In this document: positions 18,829-28,194 of the stretch, piece after piece
How the letters are laid out: each line of letters starts with the position of its first letter
Position numbering within the stretch: position 1 is the stretch's first letter
From: Betaproteobacteria bacterium
GTDB lineage: Bacteria; Pseudomonadota; Gammaproteobacteria; Burkholderiales; Burkholderiaceae
NCBI GenBank assembly: GCA_016867965.1
Contig: VGIH01000001.1
Coordinates: forward strand, 1 to 48,729
Direction of reading: 5' to 3'
Length of the DNA stretch: 48,729 nt
Made by a program: the position numbers and the translations under genes
Notes under the pieces: generated by a model
Database searches by the model: none
What the model saw: only the letters and a program-made list of their open reading frames with translations
Told to the model about the DNA's origin: nothing

Positions 18829-21346
18829 TGCTATTTCCTATTGACGTCTTTGTTATTTGATTGGATTCCAACGGTAACAGAATTGTAAAGGTGCAGCCGA
18901 CCAAGCGGGTGTGCTCGGTATCCATATGGTTCTTGGCCCACAGCCTACCATGGTGGGACTCGATGATGGAGCGGCAAATATTAAGACCCATGCCCATTCC
19001 GTCGGATTTGGTACTAAAGAAGGGCTCAAACATGCGGCTGATCACCGATTCGGCGATGCCAGCCCCGGCATCGGTCACCCGAATTCGGAGCATGCTGGGG
19101 AAAGTGCTGGTCTCGAGATCCGCACTAATCTTCACCGGTGGGGCTGACCAGCGGGAGGAGAGGGGGTAAACCTCACGCAGGCTATCTAAGGAGTTTTTCA
19201 GGAGGTTCACTAAAACCTGCTGGATGAGAACGGGATCTAGCTTAACCTGAGGAATATCGGGTGCAATCTCGGAAACAATCTTGAGGCGGTGTCGATTGGC
19301 TTCAAACTCGACCAGACCAACGGAGTCGGCAACGATGTCACCAATGTTGCACAACTTACTTTGCGGCTCGCTGCGCTTTACAAAGCTTCGAATGCGCGAA
19401 ATGATGGTGCCTGCCCGATGGGCTTGGTCGCTGGCTTTCTCTAATGCAGGAACTAGCTCATTGGAGAGCGGGTTTTGGGTGCTCGATAGGCGTTTGGCAA
19501 TTCCCATGCAATAGTTCGAGATGGCCGAGAGCGGTTGGTTGAGCTCGTGCGCAAGCGACGAAGCCATTTCACCCATGGTGGTAAGACGACTTGTAAATTG
19601 CATCCGTTCCTCTTGCTGACGTGCAAGCTCTTCGGTGTTCTTACGCAATGTAATATCGGTCGCAATGAGTAACTGTGCAAGGTGGCCGCCATCGACCCAT
19701 GAAATATAACGACGCCGCACCTCATACCAATGGGTTGTATCGCCCCGCAACTGAATCTCCTCCGACTCAATCTCACTGGATTGTTTCAAGGCAGTGGCTG
19801 GCAAGCCTGCTAGCGCATCCACGTTATCACCCTCAAAATGAAAGATGGAGGATGGATCCATTTCATGACCCGCCAGATCAATATGCCCCTTAGCAGTATC
19901 ACCAAAACGCTCGCGGTAATAGCGATTGGCAAAGAGAAGTTCGCCAGTTTCAATCGAGACCACCGATACCGCAGCATCTAAGCCCTCGAGCACCGTCACA
20001 AAGCGTTCTTGGGTGGCGGTTAACTCTTCTCGGATCTTTTTTGGTTCGGAGATATCAATTACCGATGTCACCCAACCGGTTTGCTGGCCCTTGTCATTAA
20101 TTAATGGGGCGATAAAAGTGCGCGTTGCAATCCGAGTGCCATCTTTGCGCAGAATCGTACCCTCGATCCCGCTCTTGACATTACCTTCGAGAGCACCAGC
20201 CATCTTTTGCATTAACTCTTCGTGGAGCTCCGCTGGCCAGAATGGAAATGGAGGCTTTAATCCAAGCAACTCTTCCTGAGCCCAACCTGTCATCTCAGAA
20301 AACGATCGATTGACATAGGTAATGCGCCTTTCCATATCATGCGCCCGAATTCCAACTGGCATCGAGTCCTCCAATACCTTACGAAAACTACTCTCGGTAC
20401 GCAAGTTGGCTTCAGTTAATTGGCGAACCTGCATTTGCTTAAGAACCGACCACAAGCTCCAGACCACAAAGGCAGACAAGCCAATCACAACCCCCAAGAG
20501 CATCCGAAAGGTAAGATCGGTTGGTGGTGGGTAAGTGTCGACACGTAACATGATGTTGGGACCCAGTGCACCAAAATCAAGGCCGGTTTCATTACTAAGT
20601 GAGCGCGTGGGCGTATCACGATCCGATGAGATTGCGAGGACCCGGTTGTCCTTCCCAATTAAGGAGTAGCGATGCTGGCTCTTTAACTCAGGCGGAATAA
20701 TGTATTGCAAGATTCCTTGGCTGGAGTACATCACTGCCAGTGCGCCTGTGGCTTCTCCATCTTTGAAGATTGAAATGACCTCCCAAAAAACCGATTGACG
20801 CTCACTCATCATCGGATCATCTTTGGGAACAGTGAGGCTAATGACTTGACTGTAAGCGGGTCGATTGGTTTCGCGACTTAAGAACACCGCTTTCTTGAGT
20901 TCGCGATCAATATCCGTTGCTTGAGGCACCACATCGAACCATTCGTTATTCCGGGCTGGGGGCGGGACCATCCATTGGCGCCACTCGTTGTCGTTTAACC
21001 AAATGAGCTGCAATATCTCAGGGTTACCCAAAACAAATGATTCGATTTGAGCCAAGACCTTGTCGCGTGCTACGCGATCATTTTGGATTTGTGCAAGATC
21101 GCGACTAAAGGATTGCAAGGCTTCACTGTTGTTGACAAAGCGCAGCTGTATTCGCTGCTTTACCAAACTCAGTTCGCGAAAGAGGGAACCCTCTTGTTGT
21201 TGCCGTTCTTGAACTTGTAGCGTGCCTAGGATGATTGCCATCACAACTAAAAAGATCACGATCGCCATTAGTGGCGTATAGACGAGGCGCGAACCAATAA
21301 AGCGTCGGATCGAAGGCATTCGTTTAAATGCTTCGTAGAGCTTCAC
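18791..21346 (-). CDS. Membrane PAS-domain sensor histidine kinase (FixL/AccS/BphP-like)
   Basis: Two TM helices around a periplasmic domain, two PAS domains, GEMASSLAHELNQPL, EPFFSTK, GMGMGLNICRSIIE; start uncertain (TTG 21370, GTG 21346, ATG 21319). Confidence 0.9.
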   Translation of the reverse strand: MKLYEAFKRMPSIRRFIGSRLVYTPLMAIVIFLVVMAIILGTLQVQERQQQEGSLFRELSLVKQRIQLRFVNNSEALQSFSRDLAQIQNDRVARDKVLAQIESFVLGNPEILQLIWLNDNEWRQWMVPPPARNNEWFDVVPQATDIDRELKKAVFLSRETNRPAYSQVISLTVPKDDPMMSERQSVFWEVISIFKDGEATGALAVMYSSQGILQYIIPPELKSQHRYSLIGKDNRVLAISSDRDTPTRSLSNETGLDFGALGPNIMLRVDTYPPPTDLTFRMLLGVVIGLSAFVVWSLWSVLKQMQVRQLTEANLRTESSFRKVLEDSMPVGIRAHDMERRITYVNRSFSEMTGWAQEELLGLKPPFPFWPAELHEELMQKMAGALEGNVKSGIEGTILRKDGTRIATRTFIAPLINDKGQQTGWVTSVIDISEPKKIREELTATQERFVTVLEGLDAAVSVVSIETGELLFANRYYRERFGDTAKGHIDLAGHEMDPSSIFHFEGDNVDALAGLPATALKQSSEIESEEIQLRGDTTHWYEVRRRYISWVDGGHLAQLLIATDITLRKNTEELARQQEERMQFTSRLTTMGEMASSLAHELNQPLSAISNYCMGIAKRLSSTQNPLSNELVPALEKASDQAHRAGTIISRIRSFVKRSEPQSKLCNIGDIVADSVGLVEFEANRHRLKIVSEIAPDIPQVKLDPVLIQQVLVNLLKNSLDSLREVYPLSSRWSAPPVKISADLETSTFPSMLRIRVTDAGAGIAESVISRMFEPFFSTKSDGMGMGLNICRSIIESHHGRLWAKNHMDTEHTRLVGCTFTILLPLESNQITKTSIGNSNEHEQSTENNPG

Positions 21347-21472
21347 TTGCAGGGAGTTCCCGGTAGCCAATCCAAGGGTCTTTCTAGTTAAAGGAAGTTT
21401 CTAATATAAAGGGCTTTGCACTGCAATATTATTCCATATAGTGATAAAGATTACCGGAATGTGGGAAAATAA

Positions 21473-21501
21473 TTGTCACAATCGTCACCTATTCTTAGAA
21501 T
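21473..21501 (+). promoter_or_regulatory. Sigma70 promoter of aceEF-lpdA
   Basis: TTGTCA(21473-78)-N17-TAGAAT(21496-21501); GGAGG SD at 21543-47. Confidence 0.75.
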
Positions 21502-21553
21502 ATTAGCCATAGAGGGACACAATCCCTTGTTATCGATAAAACGGAGGCAAACC

Positions 21554-24250
21554 ATGGCAGCTGTACCCGAGCAAGTGGCAGGTCAAATGAATCAATTGGA
21601 TGTGGATTCAGTGGAAACCAAAGAGTGGTTAGAAGCACTCGATGGTGTAATCAAATATGAAGGTACCGACCGTGCCGCGTATCTGATCGATCAACAAATT
21701 GCGCACGCCCGAGTGAATGGTGTTGATCAACCCTTTCATGCAGAAACACCTTATATCAATACGATTCCGGTAGAGATCCAAGCGCGCATCCCTGGGGATC
21801 AAAATATCGAGCATCGAATTCGATCCTTTACTCGGTGGAATGCCATGGCGATGGTATTGCGGGCTAATAAAGATACCAACGTAGGAGGGCACATTTCCTC
21901 CTTCCAATCTGCGGCCACTTTGTACGACGTTGGATACAACCACTTCTGGCATGCGCCATCTGAACAACATGGTGGCGATTTAATCTTTGTACAAGGACAC
22001 TCGGCGCCTGGTGTATATGCCCGTGCTTATATGTTGGGTCGTTTAGGTGACGAGCAGCTAAATAACTTCCGCCAAGAGGTGGATGGCAAAGGTATCTCAA
22101 GCTACCCTCATCCTTGGTTGATGCCAGACTTTTGGCAGTTCCCCACGGTATCGATGGGTCTCGGTCCCATTATGGCCATCTATCAAGCACGCTTTATGCG
22201 GTACCTCGAGGATCGTGGTTTTGCCAAGACCGAAGGGCGCAAAGTGTGGGCGTTCTTAGGCGATGGTGAAACCGATGAGCCTGAGTCACTTGGTGCGATC
22301 GGCATGGCGGGTCGCGAGAAACTCGATAACCTCATCTTTGTTGTGAACTGCAATCTGCAACGCTTAGATGGTCCCGTTCGTGGTAACGGCAAGATTATTC
22401 AGGAGCTTGAAAGCGAGTTCCGAGGTGCTGGCTGGAATGTCATCAAAGTGGTGTGGGGCGGTCATTGGGACGCGCTCTTTGCGCGCGATAAGAACGGCAT
22501 CTTGATGCAGCGCTTGGGTGAGATTGTGGATGGTGAGTATCAGACCATGAAAGCTAAAAATGGTGCCTACGTGCGTGAGAAGGTATTTAACACCCCAGAA
22601 CTTAAAGCCTTGGTTGCTGATTGGAGCGATGAGGATATCTGGAACCTCAATCGTGGTGGCCATGATCCCCATAAAGTATTTGCCGCATTTCAATCGGCTG
22701 TGAACCATCGCGGTCAACCCACCGTAATCCTTGCAAAGACAATTAAAGGCTATGGGATGGGCGGGTCGGGTGAGGGCATGAATATTGCTCACCAGGCCAA
22801 GAAAATGAGTCACGATGACGTCGTACGTTTTAGGGATCGCTTTGAGATTCCGGTGAGTGACGATCAATTAGCCGATATGCCCTTTGTGAAATTTCCTGAG
22901 GGCAGTCCTGAACTGGAATACATGCGGGCGCGGCGTATGGAGCTTGGCGGCTATTTGCCACAACGCCGAGCGAAAGCCGAGAGTTTGCCAGTTCCTGCGC
23001 TAGATGCATTTACCCCGCTATTAGAGGCAACTGCTGAAGGGCGTGAGATCTCAACCACGATGGCCTTTGTGCGTCTACTCAATACGGTTGTGCGCGATAA
23101 GACCATTGGTCGCCGGGTTGTGCCGATCGTGCCAGACGAGTCGCGGACCTTTGGTATGGAGGGCATGTTCCGCCAACTCGGTATCTGGAATCAACTGGGA
23201 CAGCTCTACACCCCAGAAGATCATGATCAGTTGATGTTCTACAAAGAAGATAAGGCAGGACAAATTCTGCAAGAAGGCATCAACGAAGCGGGTGGCATGT
23301 GCGACTGGATCGCAGCCGCAACATCGTATTCCACCCACGGTGTACCGATGCTACCGTTCTATATCTTCTATTCGATGTTCGGCTTCCAACGGATTGGCGA
23401 TTTGGCATGGGCTGCTGGCGATATGCGTAGTCGTGGATTCCTCCTAGGCGGCACTGCGGGTCGCACCACACTCAATGGTGAAGGCCTGCAACACGAAGAT
23501 GGTCATAGCCAGATCTGGGCGGCAGCCGTTCCGAACTGCGTGAGCTATGACCCAACCTTTGCCTTTGAGTTGGCTGTTGTGATTCAGGATGGTATGCGTC
23601 GCATGCTGACCGAGCAAGAGGATGTTTATTACTACATCACCTTAATGAATGAGAACTATGCCCATCCAGCGATGCCCAAGGGTGCGGAGCAAGACATTAT
23701 TAACGGGATGTACAGGTTGCAATCGATGGGCGATGCAAAAAATCCATTGCGCGTTCAACTACTCGGTAGTGGCACCATCTTCCGCGAAGTGATTGCTGCC
23801 GCAGAGTTATTAAACCAAGATTGGGGCATCGCCTCCGATCTGTGGGGCTGCCCTAGCATGAATGAGCTTGGGCGTGATTGGAATGAAACCAATCGCAGTA
23901 ATTTACTGAACCCAACAGCTTCACCTAAGCTATCCCATGTCGAGCGTCTACTAAAAGATAGTCAGGGTCCAGTCATTGCTGCAACCGATTACATGCGATT
24001 GTTTGCAGAGCAAATTCGTCCAGCGATTCAGAACCTGGGTCGTCGTTATGAGGTGTTGGGAACCGATGGCTTTGGTCGCTCAGATACTCGCGAGCAACTC
24101 CGGTACTTTTTTGAGGTGGATCGTCGCTGGGTCACGGTTGCTGCACTAAAGGCCTTGGCCGATGATGGGAAGATTGATCGTAGTAAGGTTGCGCAAGCGA
24201 TTAGTAAGTACCAAATTGATCCGAATAAACCCAACCCCATGAAGATGTAA
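21554..24250 (+). CDS. aceE: Pyruvate dehydrogenase E1 (homodimeric)
   Basis: QGHSAPG, SSYPHP, FPTVSMGLGP, ThDP motif GDGETDEPES..NCNLQRLDGP; ATG 21554 follows GGAGG. Confidence 0.97.
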   Translation: MAAVPEQVAGQMNQLDVDSVETKEWLEALDGVIKYEGTDRAAYLIDQQIAHARVNGVDQPFHAETPYINTIPVEIQARIPGDQNIEHRIRSFTRWNAMAMVLRANKDTNVGGHISSFQSAATLYDVGYNHFWHAPSEQHGGDLIFVQGHSAPGVYARAYMLGRLGDEQLNNFRQEVDGKGISSYPHPWLMPDFWQFPTVSMGLGPIMAIYQARFMRYLEDRGFAKTEGRKVWAFLGDGETDEPESLGAIGMAGREKLDNLIFVVNCNLQRLDGPVRGNGKIIQELESEFRGAGWNVIKVVWGGHWDALFARDKNGILMQRLGEIVDGEYQTMKAKNGAYVREKVFNTPELKALVADWSDEDIWNLNRGGHDPHKVFAAFQSAVNHRGQPTVILAKTIKGYGMGGSGEGMNIAHQAKKMSHDDVVRFRDRFEIPVSDDQLADMPFVKFPEGSPELEYMRARRMELGGYLPQRRAKAESLPVPALDAFTPLLEATAEGREISTTMAFVRLLNTVVRDKTIGRRVVPIVPDESRTFGMEGMFRQLGIWNQLGQLYTPEDHDQLMFYKEDKAGQILQEGINEAGGMCDWIAAATSYSTHGVPMLPFYIFYSMFGFQRIGDLAWAAGDMRSRGFLLGGTAGRTTLNGEGLQHEDGHSQIWAAAVPNCVSYDPTFAFELAVVIQDGMRRMLTEQEDVYYYITLMNENYAHPAMPKGAEQDIINGMYRLQSMGDAKNPLRVQLLGSGTIFREVIAAAELLNQDWGIASDLWGCPSMNELGRDWNETNRSNLLNPTASPKLSHVERLLKDSQGPVIAATDYMRLFAEQIRPAIQNLGRRYEVLGTDGFGRSDTREQLRYFFEVDRRWVTVAALKALADDGKIDRSKVAQAISKYQIDPNKPNPMKM

Positions 24251-24257
24251 GGCCATC

Positions 24258-25601
24258 ATGAGTCAATTACTTGAAATCAAGGTTCCTGACATCGGGGACT
24301 ACCAAGATGTGCCTGTGATTGAGGTGCATATCAAACCAGGTGATCGCGTTGAGAAAGAGCAGTCCCTCATTACGCTTGAGTCCGATAAGGCCACCATGGA
24401 TGTGCCATCTTCGCATGCAGGGATCGTGAAAGAGGTTAAGGTCAAGGTCGGAGATAGTATTTCCGAGGGCGGCTTAGTTCTTCTCCTGGAGCCAAGCGAT
24501 GCGAGCGCATCCGCTGCATCAACCGCACCAGTTCCTCCAACTCCAGCCCCACAGGCCGCACCCGCTGCGCCAGTACAAAAAACAGTGGCTCCTCCAGCAG
24601 CACCCATACCGACCCCGCCAGTAGTGTCAGCCCCAACCTCAACTCCAGCCCCAGCGCGCGCTGAGCCGGCGAGCTCGATTGATGGTGCAAGCCACGCGAG
24701 TCCATCGGTTCGTAAATTCGCTCGTGAGTTGGGTGTCACGATCGCGCAAGTCAAAGGTACGGGACCCAAAGGGCGCATTTCACAAGAGGATGTACAGGCC
24801 TTCGTTAAATCCGTCATGAGTGGTGCGAGCGCACCAGCCAATCAAAACTCGGGCGGTAGTTTAGGTGGACTTAATCTTCTTCCATGGCCTAAGGTCGACT
24901 TCAGTAAGTTTGGCGAGACTGAGCGTCAACCACTCTCTCGCATCAAAAAACTTTCTGCTGCCAATCTCGCACGCAACTGGGTCATGATTCCGGCGGTAAC
25001 GTATCACGAGGATGCCGATATTACTGACCTCGAGGCATTTAGAGTTCAGACCAATAAAGAAAATGAGAAGCAAGGTAGCAAGATTACGATGCTTGCTTTT
25101 TTAATCAAAGCCTCGGTTGCCGCATTAAAGAAGTACCCTGAGTTCAATGCCTCACTCGATGGCGATGATCTGGTCCTCAAGAAGTATTTTCATATTGCCT
25201 TTGCAGCCGATACCCCGAACGGTTTAGTGGTTCCGGTGATTCGTAATGCGGATCAAAAAGGGATTTTCGAAATCGCCAGAGAAACAGCGGAACTCGCAGC
25301 GCTTGCGCGTGAGGGCAAGTTAAAGCCTGAGCAAATGCAAGGAGCCAGCTTTACGATTTCATCATTAGGTGGAATTGGTGGTACGTACTTTGCTCCTATC
25401 ATTAATGCTCCTGAGGTAGCGATTTTGGGCGTTAGTAAAGCTGCCATGAAACCGATTTGGGATGGTAAAGAATTTGTCCCGCGCTTAATTTGTCCTCTGT
25501 CGCTCACCGCAGACCATCGGGTGATTGATGGTGCATTGGCCACGCGATTTAATGTCTATATTTCGCAGTTACTCGCCGACTTCCGTCGCGCTGTTTTGTA
25601 G
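24258..25601 (+). CDS. aceF: Dihydrolipoyllysine acetyltransferase E2 (single lipoyl domain)
   Basis: LESDKATMDVP, Pro/Ala linker, HASPSVRKFARELGV, DHRVIDGA. Confidence 0.97.
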   Translation: MSQLLEIKVPDIGDYQDVPVIEVHIKPGDRVEKEQSLITLESDKATMDVPSSHAGIVKEVKVKVGDSISEGGLVLLLEPSDASASAASTAPVPPTPAPQAAPAAPVQKTVAPPAAPIPTPPVVSAPTSTPAPARAEPASSIDGASHASPSVRKFARELGVTIAQVKGTGPKGRISQEDVQAFVKSVMSGASAPANQNSGGSLGGLNLLPWPKVDFSKFGETERQPLSRIKKLSAANLARNWVMIPAVTYHEDADITDLEAFRVQTNKENEKQGSKITMLAFLIKASVAALKKYPEFNASLDGDDLVLKKYFHIAFAADTPNGLVVPVIRNADQKGIFEIARETAELAALAREGKLKPEQMQGASFTISSLGGIGGTYFAPIINAPEVAILGVSKAAMKPIWDGKEFVPRLICPLSLTADHRVIDGALATRFNVYISQLLADFRRAVL

Positions 25602-25610
25602 GAGAGGGTG

Positions 25611-27404
25611 ATGAGTCAGCATGCGATCGTAGTCCCTGATATCGGCGATTACTCCGATGTCCCAGTCATTGAAGTGTTGGTGAAGGTTGGTGATGCCATT
25701 GAAAAAGAGCAACCGCTCATTGTTCTCGAGTCCGATAAAGCGACGATGGAGGTTCCTGCCGATCAAGCGGGTATCGTCACTAGTCTTACGATTAAAGTAG
25801 GCGACAAAGTAAGCAAGGGTTCTGTGATTGGGCAGCTCGAGGTATCTGCTGCGGCTTCAGCCTCAACTCCCGCCGTAGCTTCCAGTCCTGCGATTACAAA
25901 ATCACCCACACCACCGCCAGTAGCACCTGCAGCAATTGCGGTTCCAGCAGGTGCGTATCAGGGCAAGGTGCAGCACGAATGCGAGGTACTCGTCTTGGGG
26001 GCGGGGCCCGGTGGCTACAGTGCGGCATTTCGTAGCGCTGATCTTGGTGCAAACGTTATTCTGGTGGAGCGTTATCCAACCCTAGGCGGTGTTTGCCTAA
26101 ATGTCGGTTGCATTCCATCAAAAGCCCTTTTACATACTGCAGCCGTGATGGATGAAGTCAAACACATGGCCAAGCACGGTATTGAATTTGCTCCTCCTAA
26201 AATTAATCTTGATCAATTGCGTCAATACAAAGAGGGCGTCATTGCGAAGTTAACTAGTGGCCTAGCGGGTATGGCTAAGATGCGCAAGGTTAATGTGGTG
26301 CGCGGTTTGGGGCGTTTTTTGGATGTCCATCATCTTGAAGTTGATCTGTGCACAGGTAGCGGGCAGGACCTCTCGGGTCAGAAAGAAGTCATTCGTTTTC
26401 AGAAAGCCATTATTGCGGCCGGCAGCCAACCGATTGCGTTGCCGTTTATGCCCAAGGACCCTCGCGTGGTCGATAGTACTGGTGCATTATTACTTCAGAG
26501 TATTCCAAAGCGCATGCTGGTGATTGGTGGCGGCATCATTGGCTTAGAGATGGCCACAGTCTACAGCGCACTCGATTCACGCATCGATATTGTGGAGATG
26601 ATGGATGGCTTGATGGCCGGGGCCGATCGCGATCTTGAGCGCGTATGGGAAAAGATGAACGCCCATCGCTTTGATCGCATTATGCTTAAAACCCGTGCGG
26701 TTCGTGCAGAAGCCAAGCCTGATGGTATCGAAGTGTTTTTTGAAGGTGAGAAAGCACCCGATGGCCCGCAACAATACGACCTCGTCTTAGTCGCAGTAGG
26801 GCGCACACCAAATGGTAAGAAGATTGATGCAAGTGCTGCCGGAGTGCAAGTTGATGAACGCGGATTTATTCCAGTCGATGCCCAAATGCGAACCAATGTA
26901 GCCAATATCTTTGCAATTGGCGATATCGTTGGTCAACCGATGCTAGCGCATAAGGCCGTGCATGAAGGTCATGTTGCAGCTGAAGCAGCGGCTGGTCAGA
27001 AGTCCTATTTTGATGCCAAGCAAATTCCGTCGGTGGCCTATACCGATCCGGAAGTCGCGTGGGCAGGCCTCACCGAAGAACAATGCAAGGCACAAGGCAT
27101 TGCGTACGAGAAAGGCTTATTTCCATGGGCGGCTAGCGGACGAGCCATTGCGAACGGTCGCGATGAAGGCTTTACCAAATTACTCTTTGATGCCAACACC
27201 CACCGCATTATTGGTGGAGGAATTGTGGGAACCAATGCAGGCGACCTGATTGGTGAAGTGTGTTTAGCCATCGAGATGGGAGCCGACTCGGTTGACATTG
27301 GCAAGACCATTCATCCCCATCCAACTCTTGGTGAATCGGTGGGCTTAGCCGCTGAGGCCCATCATGGATCGTGTACCGATTTACCGCCCGCTAAGAAAAA
27401 GTAG
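25611..27404 (+). CDS. lpdA: Dihydrolipoyl dehydrogenase E3 with N-terminal lipoyl domain
   Basis: LESDKATMEVP lipoyl domain, GAGPGG, GGVCLNVGCIPSK, HPHPTLGE; alternative GTG 25608. Confidence 0.97.
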   Translation: MSQHAIVVPDIGDYSDVPVIEVLVKVGDAIEKEQPLIVLESDKATMEVPADQAGIVTSLTIKVGDKVSKGSVIGQLEVSAAASASTPAVASSPAITKSPTPPPVAPAAIAVPAGAYQGKVQHECEVLVLGAGPGGYSAAFRSADLGANVILVERYPTLGGVCLNVGCIPSKALLHTAAVMDEVKHMAKHGIEFAPPKINLDQLRQYKEGVIAKLTSGLAGMAKMRKVNVVRGLGRFLDVHHLEVDLCTGSGQDLSGQKEVIRFQKAIIAAGSQPIALPFMPKDPRVVDSTGALLLQSIPKRMLVIGGGIIGLEMATVYSALDSRIDIVEMMDGLMAGADRDLERVWEKMNAHRFDRIMLKTRAVRAEAKPDGIEVFFEGEKAPDGPQQYDLVLVAVGRTPNGKKIDASAAGVQVDERGFIPVDAQMRTNVANIFAIGDIVGQPMLAHKAVHEGHVAAEAAAGQKSYFDAKQIPSVAYTDPEVAWAGLTEEQCKAQGIAYEKGLFPWAASGRAIANGRDEGFTKLLFDANTHRIIGGGIVGTNAGDLIGEVCLAIEMGADSVDIGKTIHPHPTLGESVGLAAEAHHGSCTDLPPAKKK

Positions 27405-27430
27405 TCAAGTGGTTTAGAAGCTTTAGTGCA

Positions 27431-27459
27431 AATAAAAAACCCCGCCGCAGCGAGGTTTT
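27431..27459 (-). terminator. Rho-independent terminator of phaP (possibly bidirectional with lpdA)
   Basis: Minus strand AAAACCTCGC-TGCG-GCGGGGTTTTTTATT, between convergent lpdA and phaP. Confidence 0.8.
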
Positions 27460-27476
27460 AATCTCAGACGTTCTAA

Positions 27477-28037
27477 TTACTCAGACGATTTCTTAGAAGC
27501 CTTTGCTGCTTTGGTAGCGGCTTTGGTAACGGTATCTGCCGCATTTTGCATATTGGCTTGTGCAACCTCCATGGCATGCTTAAGCGCTTTTTGGCTGGTC
27601 TCATAACTGTTATTGGCTGCTGCAATGGCTTGCTTCATCATTTGTACGGCAGCATCAGAACCAGCCGGAGCGTTCTTAGTCCACTCATCGACTAAGGATT
27701 GCATTTTTTTCTGGTTAGCAGCGAACTCTGCTTCCGCAGTTTTGGTAAAGGCATGGGAGCTATCTTGTGCAATCTCATAGAGATCACGACCATAGTTCAT
27801 CATGCGCTCAGCCATCGGCTGAATCATTTCAGCTTGCTGGGCAATCAGTTGCTGTACATCGCGAACTTCTAGTGCTTTCTTAGCGTTGCTCATGCTCTCG
27901 CTCAAGCTGTTCTTAGCGATTTGCATATTAAGTTCAAGGAGTTTCTCAACGCTTTTGAGGGCTTGGTTGGTAAGACCGGCGAGGGTCTCTAAGTTGGCCT
28001 TTTGGGCTGCCGAAATTTGTTCAGGGGTTAAATTCAT
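27477..28037 (-). CDS. phaP: Phasin (PHA granule protein)
   Basis: MNLTPEQISAAQKANLETL..VEKLLELN..KNAPAGSD, Ala/Lys-rich tail; AAAGGAG SD. Confidence 0.93.
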   Translation of the reverse strand: MNLTPEQISAAQKANLETLAGLTNQALKSVEKLLELNMQIAKNSLSESMSNAKKALEVRDVQQLIAQQAEMIQPMAERMMNYGRDLYEIAQDSSHAFTKTAEAEFAANQKKMQSLVDEWTKNAPAGSDAAVQMMKQAIAAANNSYETSQKALKHAMEVAQANMQNAADTVTKAATKAAKASKKSSE

Positions 28038-28090
28038 GGTGGACTCCTTTAGTTAATTAAGGGAGACTAGTTTTAGTCATCTTATTTATG

Positions 28091-28121
28091 ATTATAGAAG
28101 ATATTATGTTGCAATGCAACA
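28091..28121 (-). promoter_or_regulatory. phaP sigma70 promoter with PhaR-like palindrome over the -35
   Basis: Minus strand TTGCAT(28119-14)-N17-TATAAT(28096-91); palindrome TGTTGCA-A-TGCAACA (28107-28121) contains TGC-N3-GCA. Confidence 0.78.
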
Positions 28122-28161
28122 ATGAATGTTACCGGTGCGTAAGATATAAATAATTAAATAT

Positions 28162-28174
28162 AATCAATAACTTA
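28162..28174 (+). promoter_or_regulatory. IHF consensus site
   Basis: AATCAATAACTTA matches WATCAANNNNTTR, preceded by an AT tract. Confidence 0.55.
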
Positions 28175-28194
28175 AACAATCAACATGACAAACC

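Noticed and set aside
21473-21553. N-terminal extensions in the ORF track (aceE from 21473; also 40612, 41835, 43143, 35163, 48573)
   Set aside because: They overlap promoters or neighbouring genes; downstream ATGs have SD, -10 or stop-coupling support.
24490-24690. Repetitive CCAGC/GCACC-rich DNA in aceF (also ~25845-25945 in lpdA)
   Set aside because: Encodes the normal Pro/Ala/Thr linkers; not a tandem repeat or CRISPR array.
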